From the NCBI GenBank assembly GCA_046597055.1, contig JBKJLC010000037.1, positions 1 to 64,000 of the forward strand: a DNA stretch of 64,000 nt, in the 5' to 3' direction. The DNA is from Kofleriaceae bacterium (lineage in GTDB: Bacteria; Myxococcota_A; Polyangia; Haliangiales; Haliangiaceae). The notes beneath the pieces are model-generated. The model saw only the letters and a program-made list of their open reading frames with translations, made no database searches and had not been told where the DNA came from. Of the stretch, positions 51,613 through 60,683 are shown piece by piece; the first letter of the stretch is position 1; each line of letters begins with the position of its first letter. A program made the translations under genes and the position numbers.

Positions 51613-52392
51613 TCACAGGCGCGCTGCGAGGACGAGCCAGCCGCCGGTGAGCAGGGAGGCGATCACGAGCCCCCACCCGATCTGGCGCAGGCGCCGGGGC
51701 GAGGCCGGCACCACCGCCAGGGCGACCGCGATCGCGATCAGCGGCGCGCCGGCCAGGACCTGGCGGTCGACCCAGGTCGCGAGCACGCCGGCGGTGGCGA
51801 CCACCGCGGCGAGCCCGATGGGCCCGGCCGGGCGTCGGGGCCGCTTGCCGCGCGCGATCACGTCGCGCACCGCGACGGTGACCGCGGCGAAGCCGAGCGA
51901 CCACGTCGCCCAGGCCCAGGCGGCAGTGGCCGGGTCGAGGCCACCCGCGACCGCGACCGGCACCGCGGCACCCGCCAGCGCACAGGCCGCGATCACCTCG
52001 CCGGGCAGGGTCTTCTCCTGGCCGCGCCAGACCAGGACCGCCGCCAGCGACGCGGGCACCAGCGCCGCGCCTGCCGCGAGCGCCACCGTCGCGTCGCCGA
52101 CCACGAGGCCGAGCCCCCCCGCGACCGCGGCCACGCCGGTCAGCTGGGCGAGCCGGCGCCGGGCGCGATCGCCGTGGTCGCGCTGCACGCGCGCGCCGCG
52201 ATGCCCGGCCAGCACCAGCGCCGGCTCGTGCGCGAGGAACGTCGTCACCGCGGCGATCGCCAGCGCCACCGCAGCCAGGCCGGGGCACCCCGACGCCAGC
52301 CCGACCACCAGCGGCACGCCGAGCTGGCCGTAGGCGCCGTGCTCGCGCGGCGCGAGCGAGCGGGCGCGGGGCGGCGCTGCGGTGGTCATCAT
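51613..52392 (-). CDS. YwiC-like membrane protein
   Basis: LAPREHGAYGQL, FLAHEP, LRQIGW. Confidence 0.8.
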   Translation of the reverse strand: MMTTAAPPRARSLAPREHGAYGQLGVPLVVGLASGCPGLAAVALAIAAVTTFLAHEPALVLAGHRGARVQRDHGDRARRRLAQLTGVAAVAGGLGLVVGDATVALAAGAALVPASLAAVLVWRGQEKTLPGEVIAACALAGAAVPVAVAGGLDPATAAWAWATWSLGFAAVTVAVRDVIARGKRPRRPAGPIGLAAVVATAGVLATWVDRQVLAGAPLIAIAVALAVVPASPRRLRQIGWGLVIASLLTGGWLVLAARL

Positions 52393-53051
52393 GGGGTCGC
52401 GAGCGCGGTCACGGCGTCGGCCCGGCTCGCCTGCCGCCGACCGATGACCAGGTGCAGCACGGTCAGGGCGAACACACCCATCACGAAGACGCCCATCAGG
52501 TACGTGCCGAGCTGCGGCCAGCTCATGGTCTGGAAGTTGGCGATCTGCTTGGTGCCCACGATCGCCGGCGTGAACGGCTCGATCTTGATCGGCGCGGTCG
52601 GGTCGAGGGTGTGCCCGTACACGTGGAGCTTGTAGATGAAGCGCCCGAACGCGAAGCCCGAGACGTAGCCCGTGAGCACGAGCAGGTCGATCAGCGTCCG
52701 GACGTTGCCGATCGCCGCGCACCGGAGGGCCAGGATGGCGAGCAGCCCGAGCGCGAACGGGATCCAGTCGAGGTCCTTCAGCTCGGCGCGGTCGATCGTC
52801 TTCATGCCGATGTAGTGGTTGAGATTGTTGATCTCCTTGATGTCCTTACCATCGTGGCCACCGACGACCTTGTGACCGTAGATGTCCATCGAGAGGCCCT
52901 TGGGATACTGGGGCGCCTTCATCGAGATCCGCCAGAGCGGCTGGGTGAACACCAGGACCAGCGGAATCACCAGCGCCGCGAGCACGAGCCGCGCGATCGG
53001 AAACAGCGGGCGGTCGAGGAAGACGTAGAACCGGGCGACTGCATCCTTCAT
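52389..53051 (-). CDS. nosB: Clade II nos-associated membrane protein, NosB-like
   Basis: PLWRISMKAPQYPKGL, EINNLNHYIGM, YGHTLDPTAPI. Confidence 0.75.
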   Translation of the reverse strand: MKDAVARFYVFLDRPLFPIARLVLAALVIPLVLVFTQPLWRISMKAPQYPKGLSMDIYGHKVVGGHDGKDIKEINNLNHYIGMKTIDRAELKDLDWIPFALGLLAILALRCAAIGNVRTLIDLLVLTGYVSGFAFGRFIYKLHVYGHTLDPTAPIKIEPFTPAIVGTKQIANFQTMSWPQLGTYLMGVFVMGVFALTVLHLVIGRRQASRADAVTALATP

Positions 53052-53064
53052 CGGGAAGCTCCTG

Positions 53065-53904
53065 TCAGACGAGATCGCCGCGCCGAAAGGCGAGGTAGGC
53101 GCCGGTCCAGGTGCCGACTCCCACCGCGACCGGCCAGGCGATGCCCAGCGCCAGCAGCGCGGTCGAGCCGAAGCGGTGGGCGAGATAGAACCCGACCGGG
53201 CCGAGCGTGGCGAGGTCGGTCTCGAGCCCGCTGAGCAGCGCCATGCGAGCGTCCTGGACCGGGTTGAGGGCGGCCAGCGTGAACACCGCGTGGGCGTCGA
53301 GCCGCCAGCGCAGCATCACGCCGATGAGCCCGAAGTCGAGCAGCGCGACGCCGAGGGCCCAGCTCAGGATCACCCAGGTGGTGGCCCGGGCCGGGTTGCG
53401 GACCAGCGTCGAGATCAGGATCCCGACGCCGGAGAACGCCGCCAGGAGCGCGGTGGCGATCACGAGCGAGCGCACCACGAACGGCCACGGCACCGCCTGG
53501 CCCAGCGCGACCTGTCCGTACAGGCCGAGGCCGACCATCAGCACCACCAGCGGCACCACCAGCACCGCGTAGCGGGTCAGCGAGACCCCGAGGAACCACG
53601 CGCTCCGGCGCAGCGGCTGGCTGAACAGCAACTCGAGCGTGCCGTCGTCGCGCGCGCGCCCGACCACCGGGCTGAACATGGTGAGCGCGAGCAGCGGCAA
53701 CAAGAGCAGCAGCGCGTGGCACATCGAGAGGAGCACGCGGCCGATGCCGGTGAACCCGAGCACGGTCGACTCGCGCATGCCGACCAGGACGAAGATCACG
53801 GCGAGCAGGAAGTACGCGCCGGCGCAGAACAGCAGCCAGCGCGAGCGGAGCACCTCGGCGAGGTCGAGACGGGCGGCGACCAGGACCTGACGGACGAAGC
53901 TCAC
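53065..53904 (-). CDS. nosY: ABC permease NosY
   Basis: LRSRW, GTLELLFSQP, LNP..ARMALL; nos context. Confidence 0.85.
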   Translation of the reverse strand: MSFVRQVLVAARLDLAEVLRSRWLLFCAGAYFLLAVIFVLVGMRESTVLGFTGIGRVLLSMCHALLLLLPLLALTMFSPVVGRARDDGTLELLFSQPLRRSAWFLGVSLTRYAVLVVPLVVLMVGLGLYGQVALGQAVPWPFVVRSLVIATALLAAFSGVGILISTLVRNPARATTWVILSWALGVALLDFGLIGVMLRWRLDAHAVFTLAALNPVQDARMALLSGLETDLATLGPVGFYLAHRFGSTALLALGIAWPVAVGVGTWTGAYLAFRRGDLV

Positions 53905-54374
53905 GGGTGGCCTCCGGACGGTGAGGGGGCGACCGGTCCCGCCAGCACCCGGAGCCGGGCGGTGGCCAGGTCGATCGCGCCGGGCGTGGCCCGCGGCACC
54001 GCGGCCAGGCCGAAGCCCATCGGCGTGGTCGCGCCGCTGACGAAGCCGACCTCCGTGCTGGACAGCCAGCCGGCGCTGGTGCTGTCGTGGAACCAGATCC
54101 GGTGCACGTCGGGCGCGCGGTCGTCGAGGTACTGCAGCAAGCAGCCGGGGTCGTCGAAGAACGCGGCCTCGCCGGTGCGGTCGACCAGCTGGGCGGCGTG
54201 GGCGGGCTCGCCGACCAGCATGCGGCAGTGCGCGCAGGGCTGATGGTTCCAGGCCACCGGCATCGGCCCGTCGGGCACGCGGGAGCCCCGCGCGACAACG
54301 ACGATCACGGTGAGGACCCCGGCGACCAGCGCCGCCAGGCTCGCCCACCGGAGCCAGCGATGGTCACGAGGCAC
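53901..54374 (-). CDS. nosL: Copper chaperone NosL
   Basis: CAHCRM, FFDDPGCL, TPMGFG. Confidence 0.85.
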   Translation of the reverse strand: MPRDHRWLRWASLAALVAGVLTVIVVVARGSRVPDGPMPVAWNHQPCAHCRMLVGEPAHAAQLVDRTGEAAFFDDPGCLLQYLDDRAPDVHRIWFHDSTSAGWLSSTEVGFVSGATTPMGFGLAAVPRATPGAIDLATARLRVLAGPVAPSPSGGHP

Positions 54375-55239
54375 CGGGCGCCTCCAGCTCGAGGTGGTCG
54401 GTGTCGCGCACGACGAGATCGTCGACGGCGCCCCCGAGCCGGGTCAGCACGGCCGGCACGAGCCGCAGCTTGTCGGCGTGCGAGACCGCCTGGGTCCACC
54501 AGCCGCCGGCCCCGGCCGCGAAGCCCTGGCTGGCCAGCCACGCCACGTCGGCCCCCCGGTAGCGCACCTCCACCACCGCCGCCTGGTGGGCCGCCAGGTA
54601 GGCGGTCGCGGGACCGTCATGCGTGATCCGGCCGTCGGCGAGGGCGACCACGTGATCGACCAGCGCGCGGAGCTCGTCGAGCCGGTGCGAGCACAGGATG
54701 AGGGTGGCGTGGGGGGTGGCGCGCGCGACGTGGGCGAGCAGCCGGGCGCGAGCCTGGGCGTCGAGGCTGGCGGTCGGCTCGTCGAGGACCAGCAGGTCGG
54801 CCGGGCTGGCCAGCGCCAGCGCGAGGAGCAGCTTCTGCCGCATCCCGCCCGACAGCGACCGGACCGGCCGGTCGCGGACCCGGTCGAGGTCGAGCCCCAG
54901 CATGGTGGCCAGGTCGACCACCGTGGTCCGCGCCACGCCGCGCAGGCCGGTGATCGCGCGCACCACCTCGTCGACCGGCGCCGCCAGCTGCGGCGCGATC
55001 TGCGGGACGTACGCGAGCCGCGCCGCCACCGCCATCCGGTCGGTGAGCGGACGGCCGTCGATCAGGATCTCCCCCTGGTGGTGGAGCAGGCCCATGATCG
55101 TTCGGGTCAGCGTGGTCTTGCCGGAGCCGTTGGGGCCGAGCAGCGCGACCCGCGCGCCGCTCGCGATCGTGAGATCGATGCTGGCGAGGGCGGTGCTGGT
55201 CCCGAACCGCTTCGACACGTTGCGCAGCTCGATCCGCAT
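54364..55239 (-). CDS. nosF: ABC ATPase NosF
   Basis: GPNGSGKTT, LSGGMRQK, LDEPT. Confidence 0.88.
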   Translation of the reverse strand: MRIELRNVSKRFGTSTALASIDLTIASGARVALLGPNGSGKTTLTRTIMGLLHHQGEILIDGRPLTDRMAVAARLAYVPQIAPQLAAPVDEVVRAITGLRGVARTTVVDLATMLGLDLDRVRDRPVRSLSGGMRQKLLLALALASPADLLVLDEPTASLDAQARARLLAHVARATPHATLILCSHRLDELRALVDHVVALADGRITHDGPATAYLAAHQAAVVEVRYRGADVAWLASQGFAAGAGGWWTQAVSHADKLRLVPAVLTRLGGAVDDLVVRDTDHLELEAPGAS

Positions 55240-56558
55240 CAGCGAGGTCCTCCGGCGCCAGCGACCGGCGCCATGCGGGGGCGGGGATCTTCGAGCACCG
55301 TCCGGGGCTGGAACAGCGGGTCGAGGTGGGCGGCGGCGTCGGCCAGCGCCAGCGCCGGGGTGCCCGTGAAGAAGCCGAGCGCGGGCTGATGGGCGACCAG
55401 CTCGCCCGAGAACGAGCGCAGCTGGTAGGGCAGGTCGCCGGTCCCGTTGCCGTCGAGGTCGTAGCCGGCGTAGTCGTCGAACCAGTTGCCGTCCCATCCG
55501 ACCTGCCGTGCGTCGTTGCCGCCGTCGACCCGGACCTGGATGTCGTTGCCACCGAAGTCGTTGCCGCGGACGGTGACGCCGTGGGTCGAGGCGTGGAAGG
55601 CGAGGGCGGTGCCGCACAGCCGCAGCTGGTTGCCGGTGATCTCGACCGTCTCGTCGCGCCGCTGCGGGGTGGCGTCGAGGTAGATCCCGACGTGGTCGCG
55701 GACCAGCACGTTGTCGGCGATCCGCACCGTCCCCGAATCCTTGAGGCCGATCGCGATGCCGGCGGCGCCGGCCGCGTTCGCGATCAGGTTCCCGGTCAGG
55801 GCGACCTCCTTCGAGTACATGACGAAGATCCCGACGGTGACGTCGACGTAGCGGTTGCCCGAGGCGACGGTGTGGTGGCTGTACATGAAGTGGGTGCCGT
55901 AGCGCGCCCGCAGGATGCGGTTGTTGCGGACGGTGGCGCCGCGCGAGTACCAGATGACGACGTCGCGGCCGTCCTCGACCTGGTTGTCCTCGACCACCGC
56001 GTCGTCGGTCTCCCACAGCCGGACCGGATCGCCGCGCTGGCCGATCGCGTCGTCGGTCGACCCGTACACGTGATTGCCTGCGACCCGCACGCCGCGGGCG
56101 CGTTCGACCACGATGCCGTAGCCGGCGCCGACCACGGTGACGCCCGCGATGACGACGTCGGCGGCGGTCGCGTGCACCGCGGCCTCGTGCTCGTTGGCGC
56201 CGCGGTTCGCGCCATCGATGGTGACGCCGCGCAGCTGGGCGCCGGCGCCGCGGAGGTGGACGGTCGCGCCGCCGCCGGTCGCGACCACCACCGCCTGGGG
56301 TGGGCCCCACACCGTCACGCCGGCGTCGACCACGATCGGGCCCGGGTAGCGGCCCGGATCGAGGCAGAGCGCCTGGCCCGGCGTCGCCGCCGCCACCACC
56401 GCGGCCAGCGCGTCGCTGGCGAGCACCCGCCGGCATGGCGCCGGCCGCGGCCCATCAGCCGCGTGGCCCGGCGGCCGACCCGCGACCGGCGGCGTCGCGC
56501 AGGCCGCGATCGCCGACGCGGCCAGCGTGATCAGCGCGGCGAGGGCCGGGGCCATCAT
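55239..56558 (-). CDS. nosD: Periplasmic maturation protein NosD
   Basis: RYGTHFMYS, GIFVMYS, GNWFDDYAGYDLDGNGTGDLPY, DPRP. Confidence 0.92.
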   Translation of the reverse strand: MMAPALAALITLAASAIAACATPPVAGRPPGHAADGPRPAPCRRVLASDALAAVVAAATPGQALCLDPGRYPGPIVVDAGVTVWGPPQAVVVATGGGATVHLRGAGAQLRGVTIDGANRGANEHEAAVHATAADVVIAGVTVVGAGYGIVVERARGVRVAGNHVYGSTDDAIGQRGDPVRLWETDDAVVEDNQVEDGRDVVIWYSRGATVRNNRILRARYGTHFMYSHHTVASGNRYVDVTVGIFVMYSKEVALTGNLIANAAGAAGIAIGLKDSGTVRIADNVLVRDHVGIYLDATPQRRDETVEITGNQLRLCGTALAFHASTHGVTVRGNDFGGNDIQVRVDGGNDARQVGWDGNWFDDYAGYDLDGNGTGDLPYQLRSFSGELVAHQPALGFFTGTPALALADAAAHLDPLFQPRTVLEDPRPRMAPVAGAGGPR

Positions 56559-56571
56559 CGCCGCCGCCCGG

Positions 56572-58530
56572 TCACTTGGGCTCCACCAGGAAGTACCCCG
56601 CCATCTCGAGGTGCAGCGCCGAGCAGAACTCGGTGCAGTACATCGGGAACACGCCCGCGCGGTCGGCGACGAACGTGACGTCGGAGTGCTCGCCGGGCTC
56701 GAGCGACAGGTTGATGTTGTACGCGCTGAGCGCGAAGCCGTGGGTGGCGTCGTAGGCTTGCTCGAGGCTGGTGATGTGGACGTGGACGGTGTCGCCGACC
56801 TTCACGCGGACCACGTCGGGCGTGAAGTGGCTGCGGATCGCGGTCATGTAGACGTGGACCTGGTCACCCTGACGCTCGACCCGCTCCTTGCCGCCCGCGA
56901 CCGCGTGCGGCGAGATCTCGCCGGTGATCGGATCCTCGCCAGGCGGGTAGATCTCGATCGGCTTCAGCTTGTCGGCCTTGATCATCTGGGCGTAGTGCGG
57001 CTCGCCGAGCGGCAGCGGCAGGTCGTAGAGCACGGTCATCTTGGGCGTGGTCAGATCGACCAGCTGGAAGTTCTGCGGCAACAGCGGGCCGACCTTGTTG
57101 AACCGGTCGAGCGCCCACTTGTTCATCGCGATCAGGTACTTGCCGTCGGGCGACACGGTGTCGCCCTCGGCCGCGACCAGGTGGCCGATGTTGTAGTGAG
57201 TCGAGACCTTGTCGACGACCTTCAGGTCCGCGAGCGACCACTTGGCGACCACGGTCTCGAGGAACAGCGACGTGTACGCGAAGCCCTGGCCGTCGAACTG
57301 GGTGTGGAGCGGGCCGAGCCCGAGCTCGACCTGACCTCGGATCGCATCCTTGAAGGCGAGGATCGGTACCCCATAGCGATCCTTGCTCTCGAACTGCTTG
57401 TTCTCGATGAGCGTCTTGATCTTCTCGAAGCTGTAGACCGTGCCGTGGGTGTCGAGTTTGCCGCCGACCACGATGTCCTTGCCATCGGGGGTCACGTCGA
57501 CGCCGTGCGGGCTCTTGGGCTCGGGCACCAAGGTCAACACGCCCTCGGCGGCGGCGGTCGCCAGCCGGATCGTGCGCATCCCGGCGATCGTCTCGAACTT
57601 GCCGGCGGCGATCAGCGCCTCGGCCTTCTTCCAGTTGACGACGTGCATGTAGTCCATGTCGTTCTGCGACATGCCCGACTCCATCGGCGGGTTGCCCTCG
57701 GCGTTGCCGCCCCACGCCAGCTCGGTGTTGATCGAGTTGAAGAAGGCCCAGCCGTTGGAACCCAGCTTGCCGGCGTCGGCGAGGTCCTGCACGTAGGGCG
57801 GGAACTCGATCGCGAACGAGGCGGTCGGGTCGAGGCGACCCTTGCTGCGGTCGAACTTCCAGAACAGCGCGGCGCCGCGATACTTGCTCTCGTAGTCGGT
57901 CTTGGGGTCGGCGTAGACCCCGCCGAGCGGCGCGGCGTACTGGGTCGTCTCGATCACGTACTCGGTGTCGGGCGTGACGAAGGCGGCGCCGTGGTCGGAG
58001 CCGATCAGCTCGCTGGTGACGATCTGCTTGGTCGCGAAGTCCCCGAGGTCGATCACCGCGAGGCGGGCGTTGGCCTTGTCCCCGATGAAGAGGAACTGGC
58101 CGTCGTAGTCGCCGCCGGTCTCCGACAGCGCCGGGTGGTGGGTGTCGGCCCACGTGAGATCCTTGCCGCCGCGCTTGCCGCCGGCGAGGACCGCCTTGGT
58201 CTGATCGTCGAAGCCATAGCCCTGCCACGGCTCGGGCGTGAACACGGCGATGTACTTGAGGATGCGCATGCTGGGCACCCCGATCACGATCACCTGGCCG
58301 GACTGGCCACCCGAGGCGAACGCGAAGTACTCGTCGTGCTTGCCGGTGGGGGTGTAGGTCTTGAGCGCGGCCTGGACGTCGGCCTCGTTGAGGCCGCGCG
58401 CCTTCATCAGCTCGCCGAGCGAGCTGGCGGCGCCGCCGGTGGGCCCACCGGGCGAGGAGGTCTTGCCGCTGCCGCAGGCGAGCCCGGCGACGAGGACGCC
58501 GACACAGGCCAGATTCTGGGAGATGTGCAT
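56572..58530 (-). CDS. nosZ: Clade II (Sec-type) nitrous oxide reductase
   Basis: FASGGQSG, DTHHP, SDHG, KSPHG, GPLHTQ, NIGHL, EPHY; CuA THGF and CTEFCSALHLEM; lipobox LAC, no Tat motif. Confidence 0.97.
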   Translation of the reverse strand: MHISQNLACVGVLVAGLACGSGKTSSPGGPTGGAASSLGELMKARGLNEADVQAALKTYTPTGKHDEYFAFASGGQSGQVIVIGVPSMRILKYIAVFTPEPWQGYGFDDQTKAVLAGGKRGGKDLTWADTHHPALSETGGDYDGQFLFIGDKANARLAVIDLGDFATKQIVTSELIGSDHGAAFVTPDTEYVIETTQYAAPLGGVYADPKTDYESKYRGAALFWKFDRSKGRLDPTASFAIEFPPYVQDLADAGKLGSNGWAFFNSINTELAWGGNAEGNPPMESGMSQNDMDYMHVVNWKKAEALIAAGKFETIAGMRTIRLATAAAEGVLTLVPEPKSPHGVDVTPDGKDIVVGGKLDTHGTVYSFEKIKTLIENKQFESKDRYGVPILAFKDAIRGQVELGLGPLHTQFDGQGFAYTSLFLETVVAKWSLADLKVVDKVSTHYNIGHLVAAEGDTVSPDGKYLIAMNKWALDRFNKVGPLLPQNFQLVDLTTPKMTVLYDLPLPLGEPHYAQMIKADKLKPIEIYPPGEDPITGEISPHAVAGGKERVERQGDQVHVYMTAIRSHFTPDVVRVKVGDTVHVHITSLEQAYDATHGFALSAYNINLSLEPGEHSDVTFVADRAGVFPMYCTEFCSALHLEMAGYFLVEPK

Positions 58531-58546
58531 GATGGCTTGCTCCGGT

Positions 58547-58966
58547 TCAGTGCTTGAAGCTGCGCACGACCGCGCGGAGCTCCGCGACGATCGCTGGATC
58601 GGTCAGGTCGGGATTGCCGGGCATCGCCGGGCTCTTGCCGACCGCGACGCCACCGAACTTGATGATCTTCTCGACGTAGGCGTCGTCGATCGACTGCTGC
58701 CAGGCCGCGTCCCCGAAGTTGCGGGGCTTGGGGGTGAGCCCGGCCGAGGCGGGGCCATCGCCCATGCCCTGGGGACCATGACAGGGCGTGCAGCGGGTCG
58801 CGAAGATGTGGCGGGCGGTGGCGGCGGCCGGGCTGCTGGCGGCCGCGGGCTGACTGGGAGCTCCAGCGACCACCGGCTCGGCTTGATCGCCGTCGGCCGG
58901 CGTGGGCTTGCTGCACGCGGCGGCGACGAGGAGGGTGGCGGCAGAGACGAGCACGACGATTCGCAT
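58547..58966 (-). CDS. Monoheme cytochrome c lipoprotein
   Basis: Lipobox AAAC, CTPCH, GDGP..PKPRNF, SPAMP. Confidence 0.9.
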   Translation of the reverse strand: MRIVVLVSAATLLVAAACSKPTPADGDQAEPVVAGAPSQPAAASSPAAATARHIFATRCTPCHGPQGMGDGPASAGLTPKPRNFGDAAWQQSIDDAYVEKIIKFGGVAVGKSPAMPGNPDLTDPAIVAELRAVVRSFKH

Positions 58967-58997
58967 CGATGCACCTCGGGGTTTGTGGGTTCTGGCA

Positions 58998-59085
58998 GCA
59001 AGCCACGTGCCCGGTGTGCGGCCGCGATGCGCGCAATCGGTGCGAAGTCGGGCGCGTCCGCCGCAAAGACCCGCAGGACCTTCGC
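58998..59085 (-). promoter_or_regulatory. sigma54-type promoter of the nos operon plus degenerate palindromes
   Basis: GGGCAC-GTGGC-TTGC (59012-58998); GCGCA-ATCGG-TGCGA (59031); CCGCA-GGACC-TTCGC (59071). Confidence 0.65.
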
Positions 59086-59094
59086 GGTCGCGGC

Positions 59095-60492
59095 TCAGAT
59101 CGTGGGCGACCCGGTGCCGGTGCGGGCGTAGCGATCGAACACGCTGCACACGTTGCGGATCAGGTGATGGCCGAGCGGCGTCGCGGTGATGGTGCCGCCG
59201 GCGCGGTCGACCACCGCGAGGTCGGCGAGCTCGCGCTCGAGCACGGCGAGCTCGCGGGCGAAGGTGGTGGCGAAGTCGAGCAGGTGTCGATCCTGGACGT
59301 CCGCGAACGCGAGCCGGCCGTCGCACATGAGGCGCATGATCACCGCGCGCCGGAGCTCGTCGTCGCGGTCGAGCTGGACGCCGCGGGTGACCGGCAGCCG
59401 GCCGGCCCGGACCGCATCCGACCACGCATCGACGTCGACCAGGTTCTGCCAGTAGGCGTGGCCGGCGTCGGAGATCGCGCTGGCCCCGCACCCGATCAGG
59501 CGCGCGGCGCGCGCGATCACGTAGCCCTGGAAGTTCCGTCCCAGGGTGCCGCTCGCGCTGGCCGCGATCAGCGGATCGCCGGGGCGCGCGAAGTGGTCGA
59601 GGCCGATGCGGACGTAGCCGGCGTCGGCGAGGCGATCCATCACGGTCCGCAGCAGCTCGACCCGCTCGCGGATCGTCGGGACCGGCGCCGCGCGCTCGAC
59701 CAGGCGCTGGTGCGGCCGCAGGTGCGGCATGTGCGCGTAGCCGAACACGGCGATGCGGTCGGGCGCGAGCTCGACCACGCGGTCGAGGGTGAGGCCGAGG
59801 GTCTCGGGGCTCTGTCCGGGCAGGCCGTAGACCAGGTCGACGTTGACGCTGTGAAAGCCGGCCGTGCGTGCGCGCTCGATGACGGCGCGGGTCTGCGCCA
59901 GCGTCTGGGTCCGGTGGATCACCTCCTGGACCGTGGGATCGAAGTCCTGGACGCCGACCGAGACGCGGGTGAAGCCGAGCGCAGCCAGCGCGTCGATCTG
60001 TTCGGCGGTGGTGTCGCGGGGATCGAGCTCGATGCCGAGGTGTGCGTCAGGCGCCACCGAGAAGTGGCCGCGGATCGCCACCATCAAGCGCGTGAGGTCG
60101 TCGATGTCGAGGAAGTTGGGCGAGCCGCCGCCCAGCGCGAGCTCGACCAGTGGGGGCGCGCCGCCGATCGCGGCCACCACCAGGCCGAGCTCCCGGATCA
60201 GGAGATCGATGTAGCCCGTGCCCTGGCTGCGATCGCGGGTCGCGCGCACGTTGCACCCGCAGTACCAGCACAGCTGCGAGCAGAACGGGATGTGCACGTA
60301 GAGCGAGAGGGGCTCGCCGGCGCCGATCGCCGCGAGCTCGCGCGCGGCGTCGACGGGACCGAACTGACGCGTGAACTCGGTGGCCGGCGGGTAGCTGGTG
60401 TAGCGAGGACCGGCCTGGGCGCGCGCCACCAGCGCGTCGCTGGACTGCTCGATCCGGGGCGGAAACGTCGGGAGGAGGCGGATGGCGGCCAT
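59095..60492 (-). CDS. hemN: Oxygen-independent coproporphyrinogen III oxidase
   Basis: GPRYTSYP, SLYVHIPFCSQLCWYCGC, GVQDF, IGLDHFA, RNFQGY. Confidence 0.95.
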   Translation of the reverse strand: MAAIRLLPTFPPRIEQSSDALVARAQAGPRYTSYPPATEFTRQFGPVDAARELAAIGAGEPLSLYVHIPFCSQLCWYCGCNVRATRDRSQGTGYIDLLIRELGLVVAAIGGAPPLVELALGGGSPNFLDIDDLTRLMVAIRGHFSVAPDAHLGIELDPRDTTAEQIDALAALGFTRVSVGVQDFDPTVQEVIHRTQTLAQTRAVIERARTAGFHSVNVDLVYGLPGQSPETLGLTLDRVVELAPDRIAVFGYAHMPHLRPHQRLVERAAPVPTIRERVELLRTVMDRLADAGYVRIGLDHFARPGDPLIAASASGTLGRNFQGYVIARAARLIGCGASAISDAGHAYWQNLVDVDAWSDAVRAGRLPVTRGVQLDRDDELRRAVIMRLMCDGRLAFADVQDRHLLDFATTFARELAVLERELADLAVVDRAGGTITATPLGHHLIRNVCSVFDRYARTGTGSPTI

Positions 60493-60506
60493 GCGCCACT
60501 CGGCGA

Positions 60507-60666
60507 GCACGGCGTATGCCATGGGAGCTTCCGGCCGAGCGGCGACCTTCGACGAGAACCAGGCACGATGAAAGTGCGCGGGCGGCGCGGCCCTGCGCAG
60601 GGTTTGCGCGATCGCCGGATGGCGCGTGAGCCAGAGCAGGCGTCCCCGCCGTGGCATGAGTCTTGG
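60507..60666. promoter_or_regulatory. Divergent hemN / mtrC sigma54-type promoters with a central palindrome
   Basis: Minus TGGCAT-ACGCC-GTGC (60521-60507); GCGCA-GGGTT-TGCGC (60595-60609); plus TGGCAT-GAGTC-TTGG (60652-60666, variant -12). Confidence 0.65.
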
Positions 60667-60683
60667 AATTGCGGCAGTCCACC

